Shown here piece after piece: positions 1 through 8,778 of a stretch of 64,000 nucleotides of DNA. The stretch is from a virus (Duplodnaviria > Caudoviricetes): positions 32,001 to 96,000 of the IMG/VR virus record IMGVR_UViG_2940228231_000002; one strand, 5' to 3'. The translations under genes and the position numbers were made by a program. The notes under the pieces were generated by a model. That model made no database searches. It was not told where the DNA came from and saw only the letters and a list, made by a program, of their open reading frames with translations. The stretch's first letter is position 1. The number at the start of each line of letters is the position of its first letter.

Positions 1-105
1 CTTGTGGATTTTTTAGACAATAGTCTATCATATAGCATCTCTCACAATCGTGGTCTGCAGCAATACACATTCTTTCACACGTCTCTAAAAATTTCTTCGC
101 ATCCA

Positions 106-513
106 TCATTCCGCCTCTACCTCCAACTTTAACAGCTCTTCCACGCTCCATGGTTCATCTTCCCATTTAATAAATTGGAATACATTTCGATTTCTTGTGT
201 TTCGAGGATTCACCAACTGAAGCGAGTTATCGGAATTTATCCAAATCTTGTCATGTTTTTCTGGCTTTGTATAGCCATATAAAACATTTCCATCTTTTTC
301 TCTAACAAGCCACCCAGTTTCCATGAATACACAAAATGCCCACTCTTTCATTGTAAGAACAACCTCATCACGTACTACCATAGACTGAAACATGGGTTCT
401 CCATCGTAGTACACTTTTTCTATATCTTGAACTATAAAACTTTTTTCTTTTACACCCACTGCCTTTAAAAGATCTTCTTTCTCTTTTCTAGTCCATATAC
501 ACCATTCTCTCAT
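106..513 (-). CDS. hypothetical phage protein
   Basis: 135-aa ORF with RBS, in the left-arm minus-strand run. Confidence 0.7.
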   Translation of the reverse strand: MREWCIWTRKEKEDLLKAVGVKEKSFIVQDIEKVYYDGEPMFQSMVVRDEVVLTMKEWAFCVFMETGWLVREKDGNVLYGYTKPEKHDKIWINSDNSLQLVNPRNTRNRNVFQFIKWEDEPWSVEELLKLEVEAE

Positions 514-576
514 TTATTGCCTCTCCGTTCTTTCTTAAATGCAACCAAAACCCACTCCTTCTAAACTATTTGACTC

Positions 577-1539
577 CTAACATCGAATACAATCAAAAGT
601 AGGAACAATTTCTCCATCTACTAATCGATAAAAAGTATTTTCCTTATAAATCTCTCCATCTATATAAACTACTTTCACATCTTTAATCAGACGATAAAAA
701 TTTTTACCATCTTTACTAATACGTTCTCCTCGCTCTACCAAAACCAAATAACTTCCAATGCTCCCTTTCGCAAGACTGTTATATCCAAGAGCGCAAGCTA
801 TTGAGTGTTCTCCTTCTACAGAAGCACTGCTAAAATCGCCATGAGAAGCAGCCGCTACTGCTTCCCCTACTGCTTGCGCTGAGGATTCAATACCCATTAC
901 TTGCGCGGCCGATGACATACCTTGTACATATGCGGCTGAATAATTTCCAGTAGACTGAGCTAGACAGTTCATGCCTTCCACATACACACCTGAAAAAATT
1001 CCACTCGTTTGTCCTGCTGACGAGTTCCCAACTACTTCTGCCGCAGAAAATTCCCCACTTATCTGACCAGCAGATTTATCGCCTATTACTTGAATACCTT
1101 TGCAGTTAAATATAGATTGCCCTGCCGAGCCACGCCCTTGCACTCTTACACTACGTCGACCTAGTGTACCTTGACCACTATCACTGCGCTGATCTGAGTC
1201 AACTCCATAACTAGTTTGATATTTAATTCTAGCTCTATCAAAATGACGCATTATTGTTTGCTTTATAATTCCTTTCACACCAATTTCTTCAAGCAATTTA
1301 ATCTTCTTCGATACTTTCTTAGTATCTCCTTTAGTTTCATCAGATACCTCATCTATTTTTGTCAAAAAATAACGACTGAACGAAGGACTATAATAAATAA
1401 AAGTATTAATAGGGTCTTCACAACTGTGGAAACCTCTATTACAAAGTTCGGTATCCCCTTGCATTTCTTCTTGTTTTCCCAACTTGAATTGATAACCTCG
1501 ACATCTCATATTTATATCTGTTCCTTTATATGTATACAT
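577..1539 (-). CDS. DUF7666-type phage protein with Gly/Ser/Ala low-complexity repeats
   Basis: N-terminal YKGTD..MRCRGYQ..G..CNRGFHSCEDP; S-A-x-x-x-G repeats; probable start MYTYKG at 1539; paralog of 3077-3997. Confidence 0.75.
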   Translation of the reverse strand: MYTYKGTDINMRCRGYQFKLGKQEEMQGDTELCNRGFHSCEDPINTFIYYSPSFSRYFLTKIDEVSDETKGDTKKVSKKIKLLEEIGVKGIIKQTIMRHFDRARIKYQTSYGVDSDQRSDSGQGTLGRRSVRVQGRGSAGQSIFNCKGIQVIGDKSAGQISGEFSAAEVVGNSSAGQTSGIFSGVYVEGMNCLAQSTGNYSAAYVQGMSSAAQVMGIESSAQAVGEAVAAASHGDFSSASVEGEHSIACALGYNSLAKGSIGSYLVLVERGERISKDGKNFYRLIKDVKVVYIDGEIYKENTFYRLVDGEIVPTFDCIRC

Positions 1540-1559
1540 TTTATTTCTTCCTCTCTTTC

Positions 1560-1898
1560 TTAAATGCAACCACCACAAGAGCCGCTCCTCCAGTCCTCTT
1601 CTTGAAAAGCTAGAAATATATCTTCCATTTCGCTCTTGTGTGTAGTTATTTTAGACAACCACTCAAAATTCTCCTCTACCCACTCCTGACAATTTAATCC
1701 ATCTACATAATCAGAAAACTGTTCTTGCCAATCAATGAATTCCCATTGAGAATATTCCCCAAATGTATACATTGGACTATTTCTCAAATCCTCTGGAATC
1801 ATTTTTGAAATATCTATTCCATCTTCCTCTAGTGTCCATTCTCCAGCACATAAAGCAGGATAGCACCCAGTCCACTCAGCCACATATTTTTTCTTCAT
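1560..1898 (-). CDS. hypothetical phage protein
   Basis: 112-aa ORF, WTGCYPALCAGEW N-terminus and CGGCI C-terminus, overlaps neighbours. Confidence 0.7.
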   Translation of the reverse strand: MKKKYVAEWTGCYPALCAGEWTLEEDGIDISKMIPEDLRNSPMYTFGEYSQWEFIDWQEQFSDYVDGLNCQEWVEENFEWLSKITTHKSEMEDIFLAFQEEDWRSGSCGGCI

Positions 1899-2652
1899 CT
1901 TTCAATTTCCTTTCTGTGTTTTCAACATTTTCCAACATTTTTAAGAAAGTGCTTTCATCTTTTTCCACTAAAATAGGTCTTCTACCAGTCAACATAGCAG
2001 CTATTCCTGTACTACCACTCCCCGCAAACTGGTCTAAGACCACTTCTCCCTCTAATGTTAATGCTTCAATAACCTCAATTAAAAGCCCAACTGGTTTTTC
2101 TGCCTGATGAATTCTCTCCGCCCTCGATGGAGGCTGATGATCAAACGCCGTGGGCAGCATCTTTCTACTCCCTGACATAAAATGTGCCTCATTTGGATTT
2201 GCTTTGTTCTTTTTCACATCTGGCTTCAGACATCTAGCCTTTCCTTTAGTGAAAATAATAATATCCTCGCTGTTTTTTGCCTTTCTTCCAGTGTTCGCCA
2301 CGAAATTCCCTTTCTTCCAAGGAACTTTTGTGTAATACTCAAAACCTGCACTTTGGGCCATTTTTTTGATTTCATACAAATAGTCAAAATTTGTCGAACT
2401 TTCCTCTGGCAGGAATTCTACTAAAAAACATCCGTCTTTCAGCACTCTCGCCTTTTCTTTGAAGTCGTTCTCTTCATACCGAAAGCAGTCATAGTCGGCA
2501 AATGAACGATTTCCGCCCTTATGTGCTGCGCTATCTTGATACGGATGGTCAGTTAGAATTAAATCTACAGTGCCGTCTTCTATCATTGTTAACTTGCGAC
2601 CATCTGTATTTAGAGTATCGCAATATTTATTTGTTTCTGTGTTTTCCATCAT
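1876..2652 (-). CDS. DNA N4/N6-methyltransferase, beta class
   Basis: VDLILTDHPY (DPPY-like) before VVLDQFAGSGSTG (SAM binding); HQAEKPVGL. Confidence 0.9.
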   Translation of the reverse strand: MMENTETNKYCDTLNTDGRKLTMIEDGTVDLILTDHPYQDSAAHKGGNRSFADYDCFRYEENDFKEKARVLKDGCFLVEFLPEESSTNFDYLYEIKKMAQSAGFEYYTKVPWKKGNFVANTGRKAKNSEDIIIFTKGKARCLKPDVKKNKANPNEAHFMSGSRKMLPTAFDHQPPSRAERIHQAEKPVGLLIEVIEALTLEGEVVLDQFAGSGSTGIAAMLTGRRPILVEKDESTFLKMLENVENTERKLKDEEKICG

Positions 2653-2679
2653 TTTTTCTCCTATGTATTTTGTTTCTCT

Positions 2680-2847
2680 CTACTAACCTAAAATTTGTGA
2701 GTGTTACATTGAAATTTTATTCTGTGCTGGCGCATGAATAAAATTTTCCATGTAACACTTGAAAAATTCCTCCAGGTCTTCAACTTCGTGAAAATACAGG
2801 TTACACCTATACCGCACTTTATGTATTGTAGTGCTATTCGTTAGTAG
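2680..2847 (-). ncRNA. retron-like msr-msd ncRNA cassette A (no adjacent RT)
   Basis: 8-bp terminal inverted repeat CTACTAAC/GTTAGTAG with an unpaired G inside each arm; two msr-like stem-loops; long msd hairpin 2700-2759; homologous to 10727-10910. Confidence 0.7.
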
Positions 2848-2865
2848 GTTATTTCCCCGTGTTCT

Positions 2866-3054
2866 TTAATCCGACCCTAAAAGCCAGTCAATGAACACAT
2901 CATTATCTTTACAAAAATATTCTGCTCCGTCTAGTAAACAGTCCTCGCAGTCTAATTTTACACATACTTCTGGCTCTAGTGTGTGTTTATTTATTGCCAA
3001 AGAACTAATACCTATGTCATTTATTTCGTTTCTAAATTTTTCAAGATTTGTCAT
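2866..3054 (-). CDS. small hypothetical protein, MTNLEK...WL type
   Basis: 62 aa, strong RBS, CxxC motif. Confidence 0.7.
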   Translation of the reverse strand: MTNLEKFRNEINDIGISSLAINKHTLEPEVCVKLDCEDCLLDGAEYFCKDNDVFIDWLLGSD

Positions 3055-3076
3055 TATTCCTCTCCTTTTTTTTATT

Positions 3077-3997
3077 TTATTTGATAGCGGGAACTACTTC
3101 TCCGTCTACTAGTTGATAGAGAGTGTTTTCTTTGTACTTCTCACCATCAATTTGTATTACTTTCACAGTTTTAATTGGGCGGCACTCACCGTCATATTCT
3201 CCACGTTCTGTTAAGACTAAATAATTTCCCAAAGTCCCCTGTGCTGTGCAGTTATATCCAAAAGCACAAGCTATTGAATGCTCTCCCTTTACCGATGCAC
3301 TACTAAAATTTCCACAGGATATGGCTACCACTCTTTTTCCAATCGCCTGTGCTAAAGATTGTTGACCTATTGTTTGTGCTGTGCTACAGTCACCTGTTAC
3401 CTGTGCTACCGATTGTTGACTTATTGTTTGTGACGCCGTGTAATTCCCTATCGCCTGTGCCACCGAAGAGATGCCCACTGATTGAGCCCCTGAACATAAA
3501 CCTATTGCTTTTGCTATTGAAAAAGGAGCCGTTGTCTGTGCAGACGAGAAGGTGCCTGTTGTATGTGCCAGTGAATAGTTTCCAATTTCCTGCGCCGATG
3601 AATAATTGCCTGTGGCATATGCCACTGACGCACTATCGTTCTCCTGTGCCATAAAGCATCGCTCATTAGTATTATTTTTTTCATTAAAATCTGTTTGTTT
3701 GAGACGTAATGATAGTCCAGCCTCTATAATTCCATTTATTCCAATCTCCTTAAGAAATTTTATTTTTTTTGACACTCGTTTTGCCATACGTGTTTCATCA
3801 GAGATATCGTCTGTTTTCGTTTCAAAATATCGACTGTCTGATGGTGGATAATAAAAGAAAACTTCAATGGGGTCTTCGCAACTATGAAAACCTCGGCCAC
3901 AAAGCTTAACATCTCCTTCTATTTCTTCTTGCTTACCTAGCTCGTATTGATAGCCACGACATCTCATATTCATATCTGTCCCTTTATATGTAATCAT
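3077..3997 (-). CDS. DUF7666-type phage protein, paralog of 577-1539
   Basis: MITYKGTDMNMRCRGYQYELGK...GFHSCEDP; start overlaps upstream stop (TAATG). Confidence 0.75.
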   Translation of the reverse strand: MITYKGTDMNMRCRGYQYELGKQEEIEGDVKLCGRGFHSCEDPIEVFFYYPPSDSRYFETKTDDISDETRMAKRVSKKIKFLKEIGINGIIEAGLSLRLKQTDFNEKNNTNERCFMAQENDSASVAYATGNYSSAQEIGNYSLAHTTGTFSSAQTTAPFSIAKAIGLCSGAQSVGISSVAQAIGNYTASQTISQQSVAQVTGDCSTAQTIGQQSLAQAIGKRVVAISCGNFSSASVKGEHSIACAFGYNCTAQGTLGNYLVLTERGEYDGECRPIKTVKVIQIDGEKYKENTLYQLVDGEVVPAIK

Positions 3998-4437
3998 TAT
4001 TCTTCTCCTTCTCTCATTTCTTCGTATTCGTTTTTCATCCATTCATCAAAGCACACATAGCACTCTCCACCATTAATACCAATCTCTTCGTCTACATCTT
4101 CTGGTTTAACACCTCTCTGCTCGCACCACTCTTTAACATATTGATTGTATAGTTCACGGCACGCTTTTTTCTTTGCTGCTTCCATCGCTTGTTCCATCAC
4201 ACTCCAGTAAGCTTCAAAATATGAGTCGCTGGTCATGAGCATTGCGACAAATATATTTGCGATTGCTTCCACATCTTTTTCGATGATTTCTACTTCTTGA
4301 TCTATATAATCATCGCTATTTTCTAAATAGATACACATGTCATCTACTATATTAGCACGCTCAACTTTTTCATAAATATATCTTCTCTCCTCTGCTGTTA
4401 GCTGCTCATATAGAGCCTCTTTTGATAATTCTTTCAT
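3997..4437 (-). CDS. hypothetical phage protein, separated from its RBS by the IscB element
   Basis: ATG at 4437 directly abuts the IscB element end; C-terminal ECYVCFDEW. Confidence 0.7.
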   Translation of the reverse strand: MKELSKEALYEQLTAEERRYIYEKVERANIVDDMCIYLENSDDYIDQEVEIIEKDVEAIANIFVAMLMTSDSYFEAYWSVMEQAMEAAKKKACRELYNQYVKEWCEQRGVKPEDVDEEIGINGGECYVCFDEWMKNEYEEMREGEE

Positions 4438-5977
4438 CAAATCATTAGGCTACGGAAACCCCCTGCTTTAGCTGTGGGGAGGAAGTAGCCATTCTCCTTT
4501 CTGTTAATATGGTTTTTCTCTTTTGTAACTGCTTCAGTTTTTTGTAACTGACGCCCTTTGATATGCTTGTACCATCTAATTGTCTAATGTCAAAACTGCC
4601 AGAAGAACGTCTGCCAAAGACAAAGCCCTCTTGCTTGCCGCATTTTACTTGATCAAACAACTGATAGCCAAATACATATTTCGGTGCTTGGTTTCGCTTT
4701 CTGATGCCACCTTTATTTATGGTTGCTTTATGCAGCTGCCGATTATGACGGCGTACACACTTTTGATGAAAGTAATAACCTAGCGGAACGGCCTTTGGAT
4801 TGCCACTGATACACCTTGCGTCCACTGCATGGGTTTTTTCAAGCCCTGCACCAATACGCACATGCTTTGTGATATACCCGAAAGTCATTTCTACGTTTTG
4901 ATACATTTCTTTAAGGTGTTCGTAAAGCGCCCAACGCATAATACCCATGAAGGCTGCATCTTTGTAGGATGCGCCTCTCTTTACTTTTAAGTCTATTTTT
5001 CCTCTGTGATAAGCATTATGACAGGTTTCGCATAAGGTAATGAGGTTTGTTGGCGCATCACCACCAGTCTTACGACTTTCTATGTGATGCACATTCAATA
5101 CAGCATCCTTAGACTTATCCTTACAATGTTGACATACATGATTGTCTCGGAACAGCACGTACTCACGCACATTCCAAAACCCTAGTTGCTCACCTTGTTG
5201 ATATGCTTCTCCTGCGATTAGACTATCTTTTAATTTCTGTGTATCAAAGGATGCCGTTTCTACGATCACCTTTGCTACTGGAAGCAGTTTATGTAGTTCC
5301 TTTATTAGTTTTTCGTGGGATGCAATCTTTTGCTTTATACTTGGCGCTAACCAACCCTTATCTCTTTTTCGATTAGAAAACCTTGCGGCTCTATATCTGG
5401 TCTTTCGATGCCTCCTACCTCTTCGTTGTTCTCTACGGCTTGCAAGCAATCCTACAATATCTGTTCTTAACTGTGTTTCTGATGCATAGAGTTCTTCTTT
5501 TTCAGTGGTTGCTGAAAGTCCAACGACTTTGCTACCAGCATCTACACCTAAGATGACTTCTTGTACGATTGTTGTTGTTTCATAGAGCAACTGGATGGTA
5601 AATGGGCATCGGCTTATTACTTTTGCCTTTTTGTTTTTTAACAGCCTTCTTACCTTGCCTTGCCGTTTGGTTGGCATAAGCGGTTCTCCGTCTTTACTTA
5701 TGATATATACCATTTCTGCTCCTTTTTGCTTGCATACTTCTTTGCTGTAAGCCTCTTGTATGCTAGAGTTTGTTACCCATCGCCAATGTTATGGAAAGGT
5801 TTTCACAAGCAGCACTATCTTTTCCCCATAAAGATTGTTTAACCACTTGCCGCAGAGTCTGAGGCTTGGATTGACACCTCAGAGTGCCTATATATTCTTT
5901 CCTAACGTAGTTTTCACTTTGGCTAGTCAGTAAGGGGACTTTTTCAAGCCCCCTGCTTTAGCTGTGGGGTTACTGAC
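4438..5977 (-). mobile_element. non-autonomous IS200/IS605-family IscB (OMEGA) element
   Basis: Same subterminal hairpin CCCCACAGCTAAAGCAGGGG at both ends; begins GTCAGTAACCCC; downstream flank ATGA; no TnpA inside. Confidence 0.85.
4445..5713 (-). CDS. iscB: RNA-guided endonuclease IscB
   Basis: PLMP N-terminus; RuvC-I LGVDAG; Arg-rich bridge helix; RuvC-II VET; HNH (CQHC..HHI..NLITLCETCH); RuvC-III HAVDA. Confidence 0.95.
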   Translation of the reverse strand: MVYIISKDGEPLMPTKRQGKVRRLLKNKKAKVISRCPFTIQLLYETTTIVQEVILGVDAGSKVVGLSATTEKEELYASETQLRTDIVGLLASRREQRRGRRHRKTRYRAARFSNRKRDKGWLAPSIKQKIASHEKLIKELHKLLPVAKVIVETASFDTQKLKDSLIAGEAYQQGEQLGFWNVREYVLFRDNHVCQHCKDKSKDAVLNVHHIESRKTGGDAPTNLITLCETCHNAYHRGKIDLKVKRGASYKDAAFMGIMRWALYEHLKEMYQNVEMTFGYITKHVRIGAGLEKTHAVDARCISGNPKAVPLGYYFHQKCVRRHNRQLHKATINKGGIRKRNQAPKYVFGYQLFDQVKCGKQEGFVFGRRSSGSFDIRQLDGTSISKGVSYKKLKQLQKRKTILTERRMATSSPQLKQGVSVA

Positions 5978-5995
5978 ACGTGTTCTCCTTTCAAT
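5714..5995 (-). ncRNA. omegaRNA (scaffold about 5714-5977; 5' guide from flank about 5978-5995)
   Basis: Structured non-coding region between element end and iscB start, the known omegaRNA position. Confidence 0.8.
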
Positions 5996-6382
5996 TTTTG
6001 TTTTTTGCAATCTATATGATGTTATTAGCTCGATCGGAAGATGGGTGATGGATTTGGTTTTCCCGAAATTTAGGTGGGTTTTTGTATTTGTTTTAATTTC
6101 CGACTTGGGTTTAGCTAAAGTTTTTGATTCGTCAGAGGATATTTATTTTATTTATTTAATTTTCTTAGGTCAGCACCATTCAACTGCATACTCGAGATGA
6201 TTTCTTGATGCCATTTTTCCAGAGGTGTTGATGCGGATTTTAACGGCGTTTTTAGCTCGGGTAGCCTCATCTGTTTCTTCCCCCACGATGTGGTCGTGTT
6301 GAGAACCTCAACACGTTATTCTTTTAGAATAAAATGCATTGCAAAAAAAATACGCACTCTTAAAATGCGTCTACTTCAAAAT
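5983..6382. repeat. 400-bp perfect direct repeat, copy downstream of the RT
   Basis: Identical by eye to 7733-8132 (offset 1750). Confidence 0.95.
6001..6348 (-). ncRNA. retron-like ncRNA C' (duplicate of C)
   Basis: Same sequence as 7751-8098. Confidence 0.65.
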
Positions 6383-6383
6383 A

Positions 6384-7727
6384 TTAATTTATGTTTACAT
6401 TCAAACACTCCTTCATGGTGTCTAATACATTAGCGTTAAACTTCTTGTTGTATTTTTCTATGATTTGCTCACAGCTCTTAGGCTCAACTGATTTAAGATA
6501 TGAGATATTTCCCATCATAACCTGAATATCTTTCACGTCCCAAAAGTTTCCATTTTGTACATCCATCATGAAATTCGTAATCATTGCTTGAATTCTCTTC
6601 TTCTCTTTGTGCCCAATAGTAATGCCATAGTCTTGGTTGTACATAAGGCCCAAAATCCAGTTACTTCCCGCAATAGAGCCATATCTGGTTTTCTTGGTAT
6701 TCAATTTAAACGGTGCCTGCTCCTCTTCTAGCACTGAGTTGATGTACTCAATCACTGAAGAATACTTGAAGCCACGGTGCCCGCCGATGAACAAATCATC
6801 TGCATATCTTGTATAGAGCAGTTTGAAGTTCTGCTCTCCATCATCTTTATCAAATTCCGTCACAGATTTCGCATCAGTCAGTAATTTATTATAGATTTTG
6901 AAGTCTATTGGAATCATCAATATATTAGTCAGAAGCGGTGAGATTGGCGTACCTTGTGGCAATCTCCCATCCAAGAAACACAATCTAAGGCAATTATATA
7001 AAGCCCTCTCGCCTCCGTACATTGAGCAAATTTCACTAAACGGAAATATTTGCTTCATTTGTCTCATTGTGAAATCAATATCTATGCTACCAAAGAAATT
7101 GCTAAAGTCTAATTTCAAAATCCATCTACTTTTATTCTTTTGTAGTTTTCGCACAAGGTCTTGTGTGCATCTGCCAGGAATGTAAGCATATGCTGCTGTA
7201 TGATATGTATTTCCTTTCATAAATTCTTCAAGCATCAGCTTCAATTCAGTCAGTGCTGCTTTTAGTTCTGGATGAGGAGCGTCAATTTGACGCAGTCCAC
7301 TTCCAGACCTCTTAGGTAGGAAAAACGTATAGTAGTTTGGATTATATTTCTTGCCAGTCGATTCTAATATTTCCTTAGTTTTTTCGTTGACTTCTTCTTC
7401 ATCTGATAATCCACAACTAAATTTCGCATCTCGTTGTGCTTTTACTTGATCAGCATAACAGTAGTCATCATCAAATGAAATATCTAGGTTTTTATGCATA
7501 TCATAAAATTTTTCTAGTTGTCTAACCATATCGCTAACCACGTACTCTTTTTTCATTCCAGTCAGCACTTTGCTTGTGTCTTTAGCCACTATTGTTTTGG
7601 TTGAATTAATTTTTACGTTTGTTTTTCTATATTTTCCGATTGAATCCTCATCAATCAATCCGAATAGCACGTCTTCAAAAGACATTGTTTCGGTTCTTTT
7701 TGTTTGTTTTGTAATAATATAAGTCAT
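6384..7727 (-). CDS. retron-type reverse transcriptase
   Basis: PKRSG..LRQIDAP; AYAY; LKLDFSNFF; LPQGTPISP; YTRYADD; LNTKKT; WILGL at the retron VTGL position; ATG at 7727 after GAAAGGAG. Confidence 0.9.
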   Translation of the reverse strand: MTYIITKQTKRTETMSFEDVLFGLIDEDSIGKYRKTNVKINSTKTIVAKDTSKVLTGMKKEYVVSDMVRQLEKFYDMHKNLDISFDDDYCYADQVKAQRDAKFSCGLSDEEEVNEKTKEILESTGKKYNPNYYTFFLPKRSGSGLRQIDAPHPELKAALTELKLMLEEFMKGNTYHTAAYAYIPGRCTQDLVRKLQKNKSRWILKLDFSNFFGSIDIDFTMRQMKQIFPFSEICSMYGGERALYNCLRLCFLDGRLPQGTPISPLLTNILMIPIDFKIYNKLLTDAKSVTEFDKDDGEQNFKLLYTRYADDLFIGGHRGFKYSSVIEYINSVLEEEQAPFKLNTKKTRYGSIAGSNWILGLMYNQDYGITIGHKEKKRIQAMITNFMMDVQNGNFWDVKDIQVMMGNISYLKSVEPKSCEQIIEKYNKKFNANVLDTMKECLNVNIN

Positions 7728-7732
7728 TTCTT

Positions 7733-8132
7733 TTCTCCTTTCAATTTTTGTTTTTTGCAATCTATATGATGTTATTAGCTCGATCGGAAGATGGGTGATG
7801 GATTTGGTTTTCCCGAAATTTAGGTGGGTTTTTGTATTTGTTTTAATTTCCGACTTGGGTTTAGCTAAAGTTTTTGATTCGTCAGAGGATATTTATTTTA
7901 TTTATTTAATTTTCTTAGGTCAGCACCATTCAACTGCATACTCGAGATGATTTCTTGATGCCATTTTTCCAGAGGTGTTGATGCGGATTTTAACGGCGTT
8001 TTTAGCTCGGGTAGCCTCATCTGTTTCTTCCCCCACGATGTGGTCGTGTTGAGAACCTCAACACGTTATTCTTTTAGAATAAAATGCATTGCAAAAAAAA
8101 TACGCACTCTTAAAATGCGTCTACTTCAAAAT
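7733..8132. repeat. 400-bp perfect direct repeat, copy upstream of the RT
   Basis: Contains last 23 nt of the E1 gene, ncRNA C and the RT RBS. Confidence 0.95.
7751..8098 (-). ncRNA. retron msr-msd ncRNA C, directly 5' of the RT
   Basis: 11-bp inverted repeat TTTTTTGCAAT/ATTGCAAAAAA with G inside each arm; SL1 TTATTCT-AAA-AGAATAA; SL2 CGTGTTGAG-GTT-CTCAACACG. Confidence 0.75.
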
Positions 8133-8778
8133 TTCTTGTGTTTACTAAAATCATTTTCTTGAATTCATCGTTTCTGCCTAACACTACATTGATGAAATTA
8201 TCAATTGTGAAATTGCATACTGCCCTCACTGTAGATACAAGTGATAGTGTCGTATTGCATGCTGAAACTGGTGTGTCGGCATCTGCTTCCTCGTCTGTAA
8301 AATTCATAGATTTAAGCAGATTATCTTTTTCTTTATAATCATGCCATCTTGCACCATATGCCTGAGCATCTGTCAATCGAATTCTGTTGTCAAATACAGC
8401 CTTTATATTGACATTGTTAAAATTCGTCTGGCATATTGTTTTTCTGACTGAGATTTTATCTACGGCCATGAAGACATATCCATTGAGCATTTGATTTTCA
8501 TATCGTTCAACGAACTGAATGTCAACATCTGGGTTTATCTCTCGCATAATACCTGCCAGTGCCTCTGTTTTCTTTCGCCCAATATCTTTTTGTCTAAACA
8601 TCTGATTTGAGATATTGTGTGGCTCTACAGTATCAAAGTCATACAGTGTGAACTTCGTCAGTCCAATTCTCACTAAGAGCTCAGCAGTCGAAGACCCGAC
8701 TGCACCACAGCCTATAATATGTATCCTATCCCTGCATTTTTCTGGCTGAAAATATTCGTAAAATTTACTTGTGTCCAT
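8110..8778 (-). CDS. ThiF/E1-like adenylating enzyme
   Basis: IHIIGCGAVGS; LYDFDTVEPHNISNQ; GRKK; AVD; candidate active Cys in PVSAC. Confidence 0.9.
   Translation of the reverse strand: MDTSKFYEYFQPEKCRDRIHIIGCGAVGSSTAELLVRIGLTKFTLYDFDTVEPHNISNQMFRQKDIGRKKTEALAGIMREINPDVDIQFVERYENQMLNGYVFMAVDKISVRKTICQTNFNNVNIKAVFDNRIRLTDAQAYGARWHDYKEKDNLLKSMNFTDEEADADTPVSACNTTLSLVSTVRAVCNFTIDNFINVVLGRNDEFKKMILVNTRNFEVDAF

Noticed and set aside
5964-6200. 78-aa plus-strand ORF in the repeat
   Set aside because: Its start lies inside the IS end, it has no RBS, and the start is absent from the other copy.
6384-7727. Group II intron RT
   Set aside because: No maturase or endonuclease domain and no domain V hairpin after the stop.
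5983-8132. Diversity-generating retroelement (TR/VR pair)
   Set aside because: The repeats are identical with no adenine-specific mismatches, are almost wholly non-coding, and no Avd-like gene is evident; RT motifs are retron-like.
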